Source of the DNA: an uncultured Pelagibacteraceae bacterium | Lineage (GTDB): Bacteria > Pseudomonadota > Alphaproteobacteria > Pelagibacterales > Pelagibacteraceae | Assembly: GCA_902607735.1 (NCBI GenBank) | Contig: CACLLG010000002.1 | Coordinates: forward strand, 6,635 to 70,634 | Direction of reading: 5' to 3' | DNA length: 64,000 nt | In this document: positions 8,773 to 22,150 of the stretch, piece after piece | How positions within the stretch are numbered: the stretch's first letter is position 1 | Layout of the letters: each line of letters starts with the position of its first letter | The notes under the pieces: model-generated | The model's database searches: none | Told to the model about the DNA's origin: nothing | The model's input: the letters and a program-made list of their open reading frames with translations, nothing else | Made by a program: the position numbers and the translations under genes

Positions 8773-10029
8773 CTAGCTAAATCTTGCTGAATTATATGGT
8801 GTTAAATCTAAATTTGTATTTTCATTAGCAATCATTCCAGCAATAATTTTCCCTGAAATTGCTCCAAGAGTCCAACCAAGATGATGGTGGCCGAAAGAAT
8901 AGAATAAATTTTTATGATTCTTTGACGGTCCTATTACAGGTAAAAAATCTGGCAAGGTTGGCCTAAAACCTAACCACTCGTCTTCGTGTTTAGTTAGTTC
9001 TGGAAAGAGATATTTTGCATTATTTACCAAATTTAATATTCTTTTTTTACTTGGAGGATTATAAAGACCTCCAAATTCCACGGTACCAACAACTCTTAAA
9101 CCTTGCTCCATAGGTGTTATTCCAAATCCTCTATTTAAAAAAATTACTGGTCTAGAAAGAAGATGATCATGACCCTTAAAATGAACATGGTAACCTCTTT
9201 CTGTATCTAAAGGAATTTTTTCATTTACTTGATTTGTTAATTTTTTTGAGAAAGCTCCACACGCTATTACTGCTTTATCAAAAGAATAAGAATGTGAATC
9301 AGTTTTGATCAGTGGTTTATCATTTTGTAAAAAGTCTATTTTTATTACATTTTGTTTTTTAAAATGACCACCTTTCTTTAAAAATAAATCAAATAATTTA
9401 AGTAAAATTTTTTTAGGATTTCTTGCATGTCTTGCGCCAGGATATAATACTCCTCCATGATAAATTTTTTTTATATTAGGCTCAAGATCATGAATTTCAT
9501 CAGGTGTTAGCAGTTGTTGTTTTACTCCAAGTTTATCTCTTATATTAATCTCTAATTCTCTACTTTTTAAATCTTTATTTGTCCAAAAATAAATAATACC
9601 TTTGCTTTCCACTAATCCTGCAAGATTAATATCTTCAAAAAGTTCATCGTAGGCTGGTAATGCTATATCTAAAATTTGATGCATGTACTTTGCTGTATGC
9701 ATCATATTTTTTGTACTACAGTTCTTTAAAAATTTTAAAAACCACGGAATCATTCTAGGTACATAATTCCATTTCAAAGCTAAAGGCCCTGTTGAAGTTA
9801 ATAACATTGATGGAATATCAATCAATATATCTGGTCTGTTAATTGGTACCGCTGAATAAGGAGAAAAGTGTCCTGCGTTGCCATAGGAAGCAGAATTGTT
9901 TCCTGGATCTTCGCGATCTATGAGCGTGACTTTAAAACCCTTTTTAATCAAACAAAGAGAAATACAGACGCCTTGTATTCCAGCTCCAATAACTCCAACT
10001 GAAGACTTCATCTTTGCATCTTCATTCAT
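8773..10029 (-). CDS. FAD-dependent oxidoreductase, D-amino-acid dehydrogenase (DadA)-like
   Basis: 418 aa. N-terminal VGVIGAGIQG dinucleotide fold and DAO-family length and C-terminal HLGWTLG region. Confidence 0.7.
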   Translation of the reverse strand: MNEDAKMKSSVGVIGAGIQGVCISLCLIKKGFKVTLIDREDPGNNSASYGNAGHFSPYSAVPINRPDILIDIPSMLLTSTGPLALKWNYVPRMIPWFLKFLKNCSTKNMMHTAKYMHQILDIALPAYDELFEDINLAGLVESKGIIYFWTNKDLKSRELEINIRDKLGVKQQLLTPDEIHDLEPNIKKIYHGGVLYPGARHARNPKKILLKLFDLFLKKGGHFKKQNVIKIDFLQNDKPLIKTDSHSYSFDKAVIACGAFSKKLTNQVNEKIPLDTERGYHVHFKGHDHLLSRPVIFLNRGFGITPMEQGLRVVGTVEFGGLYNPPSKKRILNLVNNAKYLFPELTKHEDEWLGFRPTLPDFLPVIGPSKNHKNLFYSFGHHHLGWTLGAISGKIIAGMIANENTNLDLTPYNSARFS

Positions 10030-10077
10030 AATACCCTTCGTTATATCTTATTTGAAACTTAATTATGAAGTGACAAG

Positions 10078-10545
10078 TTATACAGCTTTTTTTTGCTGAA
10101 CCACATGAATTGGTTTAGGTTTTTTTGTTGGCTCTTCTCTTTCGATAATTTCTTCAATTGCAATATCTTCTTCCGTATTTGACTTGCCGTTATTGGATCT
10201 CTTAATGTAACCATCAATATCGGCACCTTCCTCTGTTTTCAGAGTATTTTTAAAGAAAATATCTCCTTTGATTACAGCTGACTTTCCAACTATTACTGTG
10301 TCTGCTGAAATTTTTCCTTCTACATGTCCATTTATTTCTATAACTGAAGCTTCGATTGTACCTCTCACTGATCCGGTTTCTGCTATTGTCATTTCAGAAA
10401 CAAATATATTTCCATTGATCAAGCCCGAAATATCAATACATCCTGAAGTTCTTAAGTCACCCTCAAGCTGCATAGTTTCGCCAACATGTGAACGTCCACT
10501 ATGATTAATTTGTTTTGTTTCGGTGCCACGTAAAGTTTTGAACAT
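10078..10545 (-). CDS. Bactofilin (polymer-forming cytoskeletal protein)
   Basis: 155 aa. Repetitive beta-helix-like core (G-x-I-x-G-x-V/I repeats: LINGNIFVSEMTIAETGSVRGTIEASVIEINGHVEGKISADTVIVGKSAVIKGDIFF) with a disordered acidic/basic tail. Confidence 0.75.
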   Translation of the reverse strand: MFKTLRGTETKQINHSGRSHVGETMQLEGDLRTSGCIDISGLINGNIFVSEMTIAETGSVRGTIEASVIEINGHVEGKISADTVIVGKSAVIKGDIFFKNTLKTEEGADIDGYIKRSNNGKSNTEEDIAIEEIIEREEPTKKPKPIHVVQQKKAV

Positions 10546-10657
10546 TAATTTTATTTAAGCACAAAAAACATAAATTGAAAAACTAAAAAACAAGATAATT
10601 TAGCCTATATTATACAATCCTAGGTTGTTTATTAAGACTTCTCTTTTACATCTTTTT

Positions 10658-11782
10658 TTATGTTACTTCTTCCTGCTGATAAACTTTGCAACTCATTACG
10701 ATCCCCAAACCAATCATTATTGATAGCATTGAAGACCCACCATAGGACATGATCGGAAGAGGTGCACCCACAATAGGTAGTAAACCTAATACCATCGCCA
10801 TATTTACTGTGACATAGACAAAAAACGCTGCTGCAAAACCAAAGCAAAACAATCTAGCAAAATTATTTCTTGATTGGTTTCCAATACTAGTAATCCTGTA
10901 AATAATAAGAGCATAAATTATTAACAGAATAATTGATCCAACAAAACCAAACTCTTCGGAAAATAATGTAAATATAAAATCAGTATGTTTTTCAGGTAAA
11001 TAATCTAAATAACTCTGGCTTCCAAGAAGAAAACCTTTTCCAAAAATGCCCCCAGACCCCACGGCAATTTTTGATTGAAGAATTTGATAGCCAGCTCCCA
11101 GTGGATCTCTTTCTGGATTGAAAAAAGTCAAAATTCTTGACTTTTGATAAGGCTTTAAAAATGATATCCCTACTGGGATTAAGCATATAGTAATAAAAAA
11201 GGTATACAAAAAATATTTTATTTTAAAACCCGTCAACCAAATAACAATGAGACCTGTAATAGCAATCAATACTGCTGTTCCTAGATCCGGTTGAGATACA
11301 ACTAAATATACCGGAACCAGAAAACTGAGAAAAGGTATAAAAATATGTTTTATACTATTTACATTTTGTGATGGGATTTTATTATAATATCTTGCCAAAA
11401 AAACAATTAAAGAAACTTTCATCAGTTCAGAAGGTTGGAGATTAATAAAGAATAAATTTATCCAACGTTTTGATCCTGAAGCAGTAATTCCAAATAAATC
11501 AACACCAAACAATAAAATTAATACTAAAAAATAAAATATATAAGCTGATTTATACCAATACTGAATTCTAAAAAAAGAAATCACAATAAAAAGTAAAAAG
11601 AAAGTACTAAATCTATATAAATGGCTTTGAGTATGATAAGAAAAATTTCCTCTTTCAGAAGAATACATTGCAAAAAGACTTATTATTCCCAATAATAAAA
11701 TTAAAAATAGCAAAACAAAATCAAAAGCGAGTATTTTTTCACCAAAACTTTGATTTCTTTTTTGAAAATAATTTCTTATCAT
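10658..11782 (-). CDS. rodA: Rod shape-determining SEDS glycosyltransferase RodA
   Basis: 374 aa, about 10 TM. QPSELMK, DLGTA, PEKHTDFIF and PLPIMSYGGSS motifs of FtsW/RodA. Directly downstream of mrdA. Confidence 0.9.
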   Translation of the reverse strand: MIRNYFQKRNQSFGEKILAFDFVLLFLILLLGIISLFAMYSSERGNFSYHTQSHLYRFSTFFLLFIVISFFRIQYWYKSAYIFYFLVLILLFGVDLFGITASGSKRWINLFFINLQPSELMKVSLIVFLARYYNKIPSQNVNSIKHIFIPFLSFLVPVYLVVSQPDLGTAVLIAITGLIVIWLTGFKIKYFLYTFFITICLIPVGISFLKPYQKSRILTFFNPERDPLGAGYQILQSKIAVGSGGIFGKGFLLGSQSYLDYLPEKHTDFIFTLFSEEFGFVGSIILLIIYALIIYRITSIGNQSRNNFARLFCFGFAAAFFVYVTVNMAMVLGLLPIVGAPLPIMSYGGSSMLSIMIGLGIVMSCKVYQQEEVT

Positions 11783-11784
11783 CG

Positions 11785-13707
11785 CTAAACCTCTTGAAAT
11801 AAATCTAATTGATATTTTTTTCTTAATTTATGCCTATCTAATACTTTTTTTAATACTTTCTTTGCTATTGGTGCTGCACCCGAACTTCCCGCACCACCAT
11901 GTTCAATTACAACACTAATGGCATATCTTGGATTCTTATAAGGAGCAAAAGCTATAAATAGTGCATGATCTCGCCTTTCATAAGGCAAATCTTTTTGTTT
12001 TAGTTTAAGTTCTCTCTCTTCCGCGGTAATTCTTCTTATTTGAGACGTACCAGTTTTTCCTGCATACATATATTCTTTTGTTAACCTGGACCTATAAGAA
12101 GTTCCCATTGGTTCATTAGTGGCACCATACAATGCATCAAGTACAAATTTAATATTTTCTGGGTTTCTATATAGTTTTTTTAAATTAGAAGAATTTAAAT
12201 TTATGTCATTATTTTTATTTATAAATTCTTCACGCCAAGCATCGATGATTGGTTGTAGTGCATATTTGTCATCAATTATTCTTGGTTTAATTTCATATCC
12301 TCCATTAGCGAGTTGCGCCATCATTAAACATAACTGTAAAGGTGTGCTTTGAAAATAACCTTGACCGATTCCTGAAATTAAAGTTTCACCAAGCACCCAT
12401 CCTTTTCCAATATTTTTTAATTTCCATTTTGTATCTGGAACAACGCCAGCCTTCTCTTCATAAAATGAATTTAAAACTTTTTTTCCTAATCCAAAATCTT
12501 TTGATGTAATTGAAAGTCTGTCTACACCTAATCTTCGTGCAACTTCATAAAAATAAACATCGCATGATTGCTTGATTGCACTCCTCAGGTTCATAAATCC
12601 ATGACCTTTTTCTTTCCAACAATGATATTTTTGACCGTAAAGTTCTATGCTCCCTTTACATTCAATAATTTTTTTGGGGTTAATTACATCGTTTTCTAAA
12701 GCCGACAAGGCCACAATAGGTTTAATGGTAGAACCGGGTGGATACAGTCCTGCCATTGGCTTATTAATTAATGGTTTTTTCTTATCTTTAATTAAAATTT
12801 CCCACTCTTTTTGGCTTATGCCATGTACAAACTTATTTGGATCAAAGGTTGGGCTGGATACCAAAGAAATTATATCGCCTGTATATATATCCATAACGCA
12901 AATTGATCCACTTTTTTCTTTAACTAATTCAAGTGAAAATTTTTGAACTTCTTGGTCTATGGTTGTCCTAAAATTTTGACCTTCAATCCCTTTGACTAAT
13001 GCTAGTTCTTTAATCCTCTTACCATAAGCATTTACTTCAAATCTTTGAATTCCAGGTTTGCCAATAATTTTAGGATTTAATAATTTTTCTAAACCGTTTT
13101 TTCCAGTTTTCAATCCAGGAACATGAATTTCTCTTAATAATTCACTTTCTTCTAAATCTTTTACACTAGCATCCGAAACATATCCTACTATGTGCGATGA
13201 TGAACCGTCTTCAGAATATTTTCTTGCTAAAGCTACTACTGGTTTTACACCCTGCATTTCATGTAAAAAAAGATTAAGTTTAGAAAATTCAGACCATGTT
13301 AAATTATCTGAAACTATAATGGGTTCCCAACGTTTACGTTTCTTTAATCTTTTTATTAACCTTCTTTTTTTTGTCTCCGTAAAATCAATTATTCTTGATA
13401 ATTTGAAAAATAATACTTCCATATTAGGGACATCTTCTGGGATCATATGTAATTGAAAAGTTTGTGTATTATCAGCAATTTTTTTACCAAAATAATCTTC
13501 GATTATCCCTCTTTGAGGAACTAATTTCCATTCTCTCAATCGATTTTTATCTGATAACGATTTATATTTTATATTTTCAGAAATTTGCAAATAAAAAAGA
13601 CGACTTATTATACTGACAAAAACTCCTATCTTTAATGTAGATAAAATAAACATCCGTCTGCTAATTAGCTTTGATTTATTTTGAAATGTTTCAGTAAAAG
13701 GTGTCAT
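11785..13707 (-). CDS. mrdA: Penicillin-binding protein 2 (elongasome transpeptidase)
   Basis: 640 aa. N-terminal TM, STIKP (SxxK), SGIGQG (SxN-like) and KTGTS (KTG) motifs. Confidence 0.9.
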   Translation of the reverse strand: MTPFTETFQNKSKLISRRMFILSTLKIGVFVSIISRLFYLQISENIKYKSLSDKNRLREWKLVPQRGIIEDYFGKKIADNTQTFQLHMIPEDVPNMEVLFFKLSRIIDFTETKKRRLIKRLKKRKRWEPIIVSDNLTWSEFSKLNLFLHEMQGVKPVVALARKYSEDGSSSHIVGYVSDASVKDLEESELLREIHVPGLKTGKNGLEKLLNPKIIGKPGIQRFEVNAYGKRIKELALVKGIEGQNFRTTIDQEVQKFSLELVKEKSGSICVMDIYTGDIISLVSSPTFDPNKFVHGISQKEWEILIKDKKKPLINKPMAGLYPPGSTIKPIVALSALENDVINPKKIIECKGSIELYGQKYHCWKEKGHGFMNLRSAIKQSCDVYFYEVARRLGVDRLSITSKDFGLGKKVLNSFYEEKAGVVPDTKWKLKNIGKGWVLGETLISGIGQGYFQSTPLQLCLMMAQLANGGYEIKPRIIDDKYALQPIIDAWREEFINKNNDINLNSSNLKKLYRNPENIKFVLDALYGATNEPMGTSYRSRLTKEYMYAGKTGTSQIRRITAEERELKLKQKDLPYERRDHALFIAFAPYKNPRYAISVVIEHGGAGSSGAAPIAKKVLKKVLDRHKLRKKYQLDLFQEV

Positions 13708-13711
13708 TAAA

Positions 13712-14206
13712 TTATGATCTCATTAAGTTTGAAATGACTGAGAAGCCTCCCCATAACACTGGATAAAAAATAAATGTAAATACAGAGTTTTTTAACAAAT
13801 ACACATAATCAATTGAATAGCTCGAATAATATAATGAAATAAAATAAATAAAATTAGCAAATAATAATGCTGGAATAAAACTTATCCAATCATTCACTAA
13901 TGTTATTCTCACAGTAACAACTCTTACATAGGATGCTACCCCAGCGACCATTAGTAGTGATAGAGCATTAACACCCAATGGAAACCCTAGAACAACATCG
14001 CTGATAATACCAGACAAAAATATTAAACCTAAACCTAAACTTTGAGGTTGTCTTAAAATCCAGTAGTACACTAGAATATAATGAATGTTTACAGAGAAAA
14101 ATTTAATATTAATTATAGAACTTCCATTTAGTGAAATAATAAAAAGTATTAATATTGGCAACGCAGCAATAAATCTAAACCAAAAATTTTTAGTGGAAAT
14201 GCTCAT
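13712..14206 (-). CDS. mreD: Rod shape-determining protein MreD
   Basis: 164 aa polytopic membrane ORF between mreC and mrdA. Confidence 0.75.
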   Translation of the reverse strand: MSISTKNFWFRFIAALPILILFIISLNGSSIINIKFFSVNIHYILVYYWILRQPQSLGLGLIFLSGIISDVVLGFPLGVNALSLLMVAGVASYVRVVTVRITLVNDWISFIPALLFANFIYFISLYYSSYSIDYVYLLKNSVFTFIFYPVLWGGFSVISNLMRS

Positions 14207-14218
14207 ATAATAATTTAT

Positions 14219-15064
14219 TTAATCTTTTGATTTTTCTCCTAAATTAACGTTTACGAAAGTAATTTGATTTAAATCAGAAAATAAAGAAACTTCTATTTCT
14301 TCCTTTGCAAATTCTGTTTTGCCAATAATAATACCTGGAGCAAAAATTCCTTCTTTTCCTGATGTATAAATTTTATCCCCTTCTTTAATTTTATGATTTT
14401 TAGGTAAATACTGTAATGTTGGCGGATTCGTTCCATGCCCACTCAATATAGCATGGCTTCCCGATGGTTCTGATATAACTGGAATTTTACTATTTAAATC
14501 CGTAATGAGCAAAATTCTAGATGAAAAATAATTTACATCAACTATCCTGCCTATAAAATTTTTTCCATCTAAAACCGCCATACCATTTTTTATATCTTTA
14601 TTGGCGCCGACATTGATAACAAAAGAATTAAGATATGGACTCTGTTTATCAAGCATGACTCTAGCACTTACTAAGTTAGATGATGATGCTACCTGTTCAT
14701 TAATTAATTTTCTTAATTGAGTATTTTCTAATTCTAAAAAATCTGATGTAGAAATTTTATTTTTTAATTCATTGTTTTCTTTTATTAAATTATTATAATC
14801 GCTATAAAGATTGAAGTGTCTTTCTACTACACCGTATGACGTAGAAATAACTTTTGTTGGATAGCTCGCGACTATAGCCGCTCTATAAACTAGATCTTTA
14901 ATTACCGACCTGATTCCATTTAGTGGTTTTGTTTCTATCGTTTCTAAAAAAATAAGTAATACTGAGAGAAGCGCTAGTCCAAATAATGAATATCTTTGTT
15001 GAGTTCCTTTTCTTAAAAAAGCGGATCTTATTGCTATTCCAACATCCTCACGACTTGTATCCAT
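14219..15064 (-). CDS. mreC: Rod shape-determining protein MreC
   Basis: 281 aa. N-terminal TM, coiled-coil segment (NNLIKENNELKNK...LENTQLRKL), and a beta-rich C-terminus with G-x-P-x-G-I-IIGK. Confidence 0.85.
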   Translation of the reverse strand: MDTSREDVGIAIRSAFLRKGTQQRYSLFGLALLSVLLIFLETIETKPLNGIRSVIKDLVYRAAIVASYPTKVISTSYGVVERHFNLYSDYNNLIKENNELKNKISTSDFLELENTQLRKLINEQVASSSNLVSARVMLDKQSPYLNSFVINVGANKDIKNGMAVLDGKNFIGRIVDVNYFSSRILLITDLNSKIPVISEPSGSHAILSGHGTNPPTLQYLPKNHKIKEGDKIYTSGKEGIFAPGIIIGKTEFAKEEIEVSLFSDLNQITFVNVNLGEKSKD

Positions 15065-15095
15065 ATTTCATTTCTCTATCTAAATCTAATATGGA

Positions 15096-16127
<1,032 letters not shown>

Positions 16128-17714
16128 TTATATTCCTTTCATTTTTTGTTGTTGGTGTCCCTTTTGCACTTGATATCCATCGGGTGCAGTTTTTTTTCTT
16201 TTTATAATCATCTTGTTTAATGCATTTAAATATGCATTGGCAGAAGCAACCAAAGTATCAGTGTCAGCTGCTTGGCCAACTGTTGTTTTTCCATTCTCTT
16301 CAATTCTTACACTCACTGTAGCCTGTGCATCTGTACCTTCTGTTACAGCATGCACTTGATAAAGCTGAAGTTTTACATCATGAGGATACAATTTTTTTAC
16401 ACATTTGAAGATAGCATCCACTGGACCATCTCCAATTTCGGTAGCTTGTTTAATATTTCCATAAATTTCTAGTGTCATATCTGCTCTTTGTGGTTCTCCA
16501 GTTCCAGCAAAAACTTTTAAAGATTTCAAATTAATAACGTTATCTTCTTTGATCAAACTATCATCCACTAAAGCCGCAATATCTTCATCGTAAACATGCT
16601 TTTTTTTATCAGCAAGAATTTTAAATTTGCCGAATGCAATTTGAATTACATCATCAGTAATATCTTTATAACCAAGATCTGTTAATTTATCCTTAAAAGC
16701 ATGTCTTCCAGAATGTTTTCCCATAACTAAAGAGGTTTGTTTAACACCAACACTTTCAGGAGTCATAATTTCATATGTGTTTCTATTTTTTAACATTCCG
16801 TCCTGGTGAATTCCAGACTCGTGAGCAAAAGCATTTTTTCCAACAATTGCTTTATTAAATTGAACGGGAAAGCCTGTGGCATTTGAAACAACTTTTGAAG
16901 CTTTGCTTAATAATTTTGTATTTATACCTGTTTCAAATGGCATTAGATCATTTCTTGTTTTCATTGCCATTACAATTTCTTCAAGAGCTGCATTACCTGC
17001 TCTTTCCCCTATTCCATTAATTGTACATTCAATTTGTCTAGCACCCGCTGTAACTCCCGCTAAGGAATTTGCAACTGCTAAACCTAAATCGTTATGACAA
17101 TGAGTTGATAAAATAGCCTTATCTATATTTGGCACTTTGTTAATTAAAGTCTCAATTATTTTTTTAAATTCTGAAGGCACAGAATATCCAACTGTATCTG
17201 GTATATTAATTGTTTTCGCCCCACATTTAATTGCAAGCTCTACGGTCTTGCACATAAAATCCACATTTGTTCTTGTTCCGTCTTCACAAGACCATTCTAT
17301 ATCATCAGTAAACTTTCTTGCATAAGTTACATGTTCTTTTATTGCTTCGATTACTTCTTCGGGTGATTTATTTAATTTATGCTTCATGTGAAGCGGACTT
17401 GTAGAAATAAAAGTATGAATTCTAAATCTTTCAGCTGATTTTAAAGCTTCATGACACGCATCGATATCTTTTTTTACATGTCTAGATAATCCACAGGGAA
17501 TTGATTTTTTTAAAATTTTACTAACTTCAGTAACAGCTTCAAAATCACCTGGAGAAGCAATTGGAAATCCTGCTTCAATAATATCAACACCCAGTTCATC
17601 AAAAACTCTTGAGATTTGAATTTTTTCTTCAAGACTCATTGACGCTCCTGGCGATTGTTCGCCATCGCGCATGGTTGTATCAAATATATAAACTCTATTT
17701 TTATCTTCGGGCAT
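16128..17714 (-). CDS. leuA: 2-isopropylmalate synthase
   Basis: 528 aa. DTTMRDGEQSPG, HCHNDLGLAVANSL and a C-terminal LeuA regulatory domain. The stop abuts the mreB start with zero spacing. Confidence 0.95.
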   Translation of the reverse strand: MPEDKNRVYIFDTTMRDGEQSPGASMSLEEKIQISRVFDELGVDIIEAGFPIASPGDFEAVTEVSKILKKSIPCGLSRHVKKDIDACHEALKSAERFRIHTFISTSPLHMKHKLNKSPEEVIEAIKEHVTYARKFTDDIEWSCEDGTRTNVDFMCKTVELAIKCGAKTINIPDTVGYSVPSEFKKIIETLINKVPNIDKAILSTHCHNDLGLAVANSLAGVTAGARQIECTINGIGERAGNAALEEIVMAMKTRNDLMPFETGINTKLLSKASKVVSNATGFPVQFNKAIVGKNAFAHESGIHQDGMLKNRNTYEIMTPESVGVKQTSLVMGKHSGRHAFKDKLTDLGYKDITDDVIQIAFGKFKILADKKKHVYDEDIAALVDDSLIKEDNVINLKSLKVFAGTGEPQRADMTLEIYGNIKQATEIGDGPVDAIFKCVKKLYPHDVKLQLYQVHAVTEGTDAQATVSVRIEENGKTTVGQAADTDTLVASANAYLNALNKMIIKRKKTAPDGYQVQKGHQQQKMKGI

Positions 17715-17819
17715 TAATCCTCTAAATTAGGTAAATTCTTTCAACTAGATAATGTACAACCTAAGCTAGTCTTATGCAAAAGATTTTTGATTTTCTTAAC
17801 AAAAAATTAACTAAATTTA

Positions 17820-19395
<1,576 letters not shown>

Positions 19396-19397
19396 AA

Positions 19398-21167
19398 TTA
19401 AACAAGCACCTTTCCTTCATCTGATATTTCTTCCTCTTCATCTTGTTTACCTAACAACATTTGATTATGTGGTTTTCCAGAAGGTATCATCGGATAACAA
19501 TTTTCTTGTTTATCAACAACACAATCAAAAATAACTGGTTTATTAACTGCTAACATTTGTGCAATTTTTTCATCTAGTTCATCTGGTTTATTTGCTCTAA
19601 TTCCAACGCAACCGTATGCTTCTGCTAATTTAACAAAATCTGGTAAAGCCGCTGTATAACTTTCTGAATAATTTTTGTCATGTAAAAGTTCTTGCCACTG
19701 TCTAACCATTCCCATGTACTCATTATTGAGAATAAATATTTTAATTGGCAATTTGTATTGCACAGCAGTTGACATTTCTTGCATGGTCATTAGAACAGAA
19801 GCTTCGCCTGCTATATCTATAACCAACTTGTCAGGATTCGCCACTTGAACTCCTATAGCTGCTGGCAATCCATAACCCATAGTGCCTAAACCTCCCGAGG
19901 TCATCCATCTGTTAGGTTTATCAAATTTATAATGTTGAGCTGCCCACATTTGATGTTGCCCTACTTCTGTTGTTATAAAAACATCTTGAGCTTTAGTTAA
20001 TTCATAAAGTCTTTGAACTGCAAATTGTGGTTTGATCACTTCTTGACTATTTTTATATGCTAGAGAATTTTTTTTTCTCCAATTTTCAATTTGACTCCAC
20101 CATGCGGAAATCTTTTCTTTGTTAGAATTTTCAAAATCTGGGTGTTTTTGTTTTATTTCTGAAACCAATTTTTCTAGAACTAGTTTAACGTCCCCAACTA
20201 GTGCAATATCAACTTTAACATTTTTATTAATCGATGATGGATCAATATCAATATGTATTTTTTTTGATTTAGGAGAAAATTCATCGATTTTACCAGTTAT
20301 TCTATCATCAAAACGCGCCCCTATGTTTATCATCAAATCACAATCGTGCATTGCATTGTTTGCTTCGTAAGTACCATGCATACCTAACATTCCTAAAAAT
20401 TGTTGATCATTTCCAGGATATGCTCCTAAACCCTGGAGAGTAGATGTAATTGGAAATCCTGTTACAGAAACTAACTCTCTAAGTAACTGTGTTGCTTTTG
20501 GTCCAGAATTAATTACTCCGCCCCCGGTATACAAAATAGGCTTTGAAGATTTGCTAATTAATTCAATAACATTTTCAATATTTTTTTCTTGTCCATTAAA
20601 TTTAGCTTTTATTTTTCTATTATTATCTTTTAATGCTTTAGGTTTTATATATTTTCCTTTTTGAAATTGAATATCTTTTGGTATGTCAATTAAAACAGGT
20701 CCAGGTCTTCCTGTGGTGGCAACTTCAAAAGCCTTATGCATAATTGAAGACAGTTTATTTACATCTTTAACTAACCAGTTATGTTTAGTGCATGGTCTAG
20801 TTATTCCTGTAGTATCACACTCTTGAAAAGCATCGGTGCCAATAAGATGTGTTGGTACCTGTCCTGTAATACAAACTAAGGGGATGGAATCCATATAAGC
20901 ATCTGTAAGAGCAGTAACTGCATTTGTGGCGCCAGGACCAGAAGTTACAAGTATGACTCCTGGTTTCCCAGATGATCTTGCATAACCTTCCGCGGCATGT
21001 CCAGCTCCTTGTTCATGACGAACTAAAATATGTTTAATTTTTTTATGATTTTTTAATTCATCATAAATTGGCAAGACAGCTCCTCCAGGATAACCAAAAA
21101 TATGCTTCACGCCTTGATCTTCAAGGACCTGAAAAACGATTTCTGCACCAGTCATTAAATTTCCCAT
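19398..21167 (-). CDS. ilvI: Acetolactate synthase large (catalytic) subunit
   Basis: 589 aa. ThDP enzyme motifs (GYPGGA..., GLGTMGYGLPAAIG, NNEYMGMVRQWQ). Confidence 0.95.
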   Translation of the reverse strand: MGNLMTGAEIVFQVLEDQGVKHIFGYPGGAVLPIYDELKNHKKIKHILVRHEQGAGHAAEGYARSSGKPGVILVTSGPGATNAVTALTDAYMDSIPLVCITGQVPTHLIGTDAFQECDTTGITRPCTKHNWLVKDVNKLSSIMHKAFEVATTGRPGPVLIDIPKDIQFQKGKYIKPKALKDNNRKIKAKFNGQEKNIENVIELISKSSKPILYTGGGVINSGPKATQLLRELVSVTGFPITSTLQGLGAYPGNDQQFLGMLGMHGTYEANNAMHDCDLMINIGARFDDRITGKIDEFSPKSKKIHIDIDPSSINKNVKVDIALVGDVKLVLEKLVSEIKQKHPDFENSNKEKISAWWSQIENWRKKNSLAYKNSQEVIKPQFAVQRLYELTKAQDVFITTEVGQHQMWAAQHYKFDKPNRWMTSGGLGTMGYGLPAAIGVQVANPDKLVIDIAGEASVLMTMQEMSTAVQYKLPIKIFILNNEYMGMVRQWQELLHDKNYSESYTAALPDFVKLAEAYGCVGIRANKPDELDEKIAQMLAVNKPVIFDCVVDKQENCYPMIPSGKPHNQMLLGKQDEEEEISDEGKVLV

Positions 21168-21205
21168 AAAGGTTAATCTAGCGGAGTTTTAACTATGGTC
21201 AAGTT

Positions 21206-22129
21206 CTAGGATATTTTATTAATGGTTTTTTTAAATAAATCATTAATATTTGAAGAATAAATCATCTTCCAGTCTTTCATATGGCCTCTGGCCCAAGTAA
21301 ACTGTCTTTTAGCGTATTGCCTCGTTTTCAGTGCGATTAGTTCTTTTGTTTCTATAAGCGATTTTTTGCCTTGTAAATAATCCTTAATTTCGTTTATTCC
21401 TATTATTTTTCTTGATGGTAATTCTTGATTAACTTTTATTTTATAAAATTGTTTCACTTCGGCAATAACACCATCGTCGAACATTTTCTCAACTCTTTTT
21501 TCTATTTGTTTATGTAACAATTCTTTTGGAATATTGATAAATAATTTATTAAAAACATTACGATTAAATTTCGGTTTTGTTTTTTTTTTAAATTCAAATA
21601 AAGATTTTTTAGTAAATTTTTTTACTTCATATGCTCTCATAGATCTTTGCTTATCGGTTGGCAAAACAAACTTTTTAGCCAAAGGATCTAATTTGATTAG
21701 GTGAGTAAAAAATTTTTTTTGACCTATCAATTTATGCAATTTTCTAATCCGTGTTCTAAAATTATTTGGAATATCAGGTATTTTAACTAGCCCATCTGTT
21801 AAAGCCTTAAAATATAAACCTGTGCCTCCAACTATGATTGGGGTTTTCCCATTTTTCCATTGATTTTGGATTTTTTTAATAACCAATTTAAGCCAACTGC
21901 CAGTGGAGAAATTTTTTTTTACTGAATTAAATCCATATAAATGGTGCTTTATAATTTTAATATCTTCAGAATTTGGTTTTGAAGTTAAAATAGAAATCTC
22001 TTTATAAATTTGCATACTATCGGCATTTATAATCTCTCCATCAAAGTATTCTGCTAACTTTAATGCTAGTTTTGATTTACCTGAAGCAGTAGGGCCAGCC
22101 AATAAAATTACTTTTTTTTCTTGCTCCAT
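21206..22129 (-). CDS. miaA: tRNA dimethylallyltransferase
   Basis: 307 aa. P-loop GPTASGKS, DSMQIYKE and GGTGLYFKAL motifs. Confidence 0.9.
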   Translation of the reverse strand: MEQEKKVILLAGPTASGKSKLALKLAEYFDGEIINADSMQIYKEISILTSKPNSEDIKIIKHHLYGFNSVKKNFSTGSWLKLVIKKIQNQWKNGKTPIIVGGTGLYFKALTDGLVKIPDIPNNFRTRIRKLHKLIGQKKFFTHLIKLDPLAKKFVLPTDKQRSMRAYEVKKFTKKSLFEFKKKTKPKFNRNVFNKLFINIPKELLHKQIEKRVEKMFDDGVIAEVKQFYKIKVNQELPSRKIIGINEIKDYLQGKKSLIETKELIALKTRQYAKRQFTWARGHMKDWKMIYSSNINDLFKKTINKIS

Positions 22130-22150
22130 TTGAAATTCAAAATGTAAAAT

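Noticed and set aside
17715-17819. Possible leucine leader peptide or attenuator upstream of leuA
   Set aside because: No Leu-rich mini-ORF or alternative hairpins are visible in the 105 nt gap.
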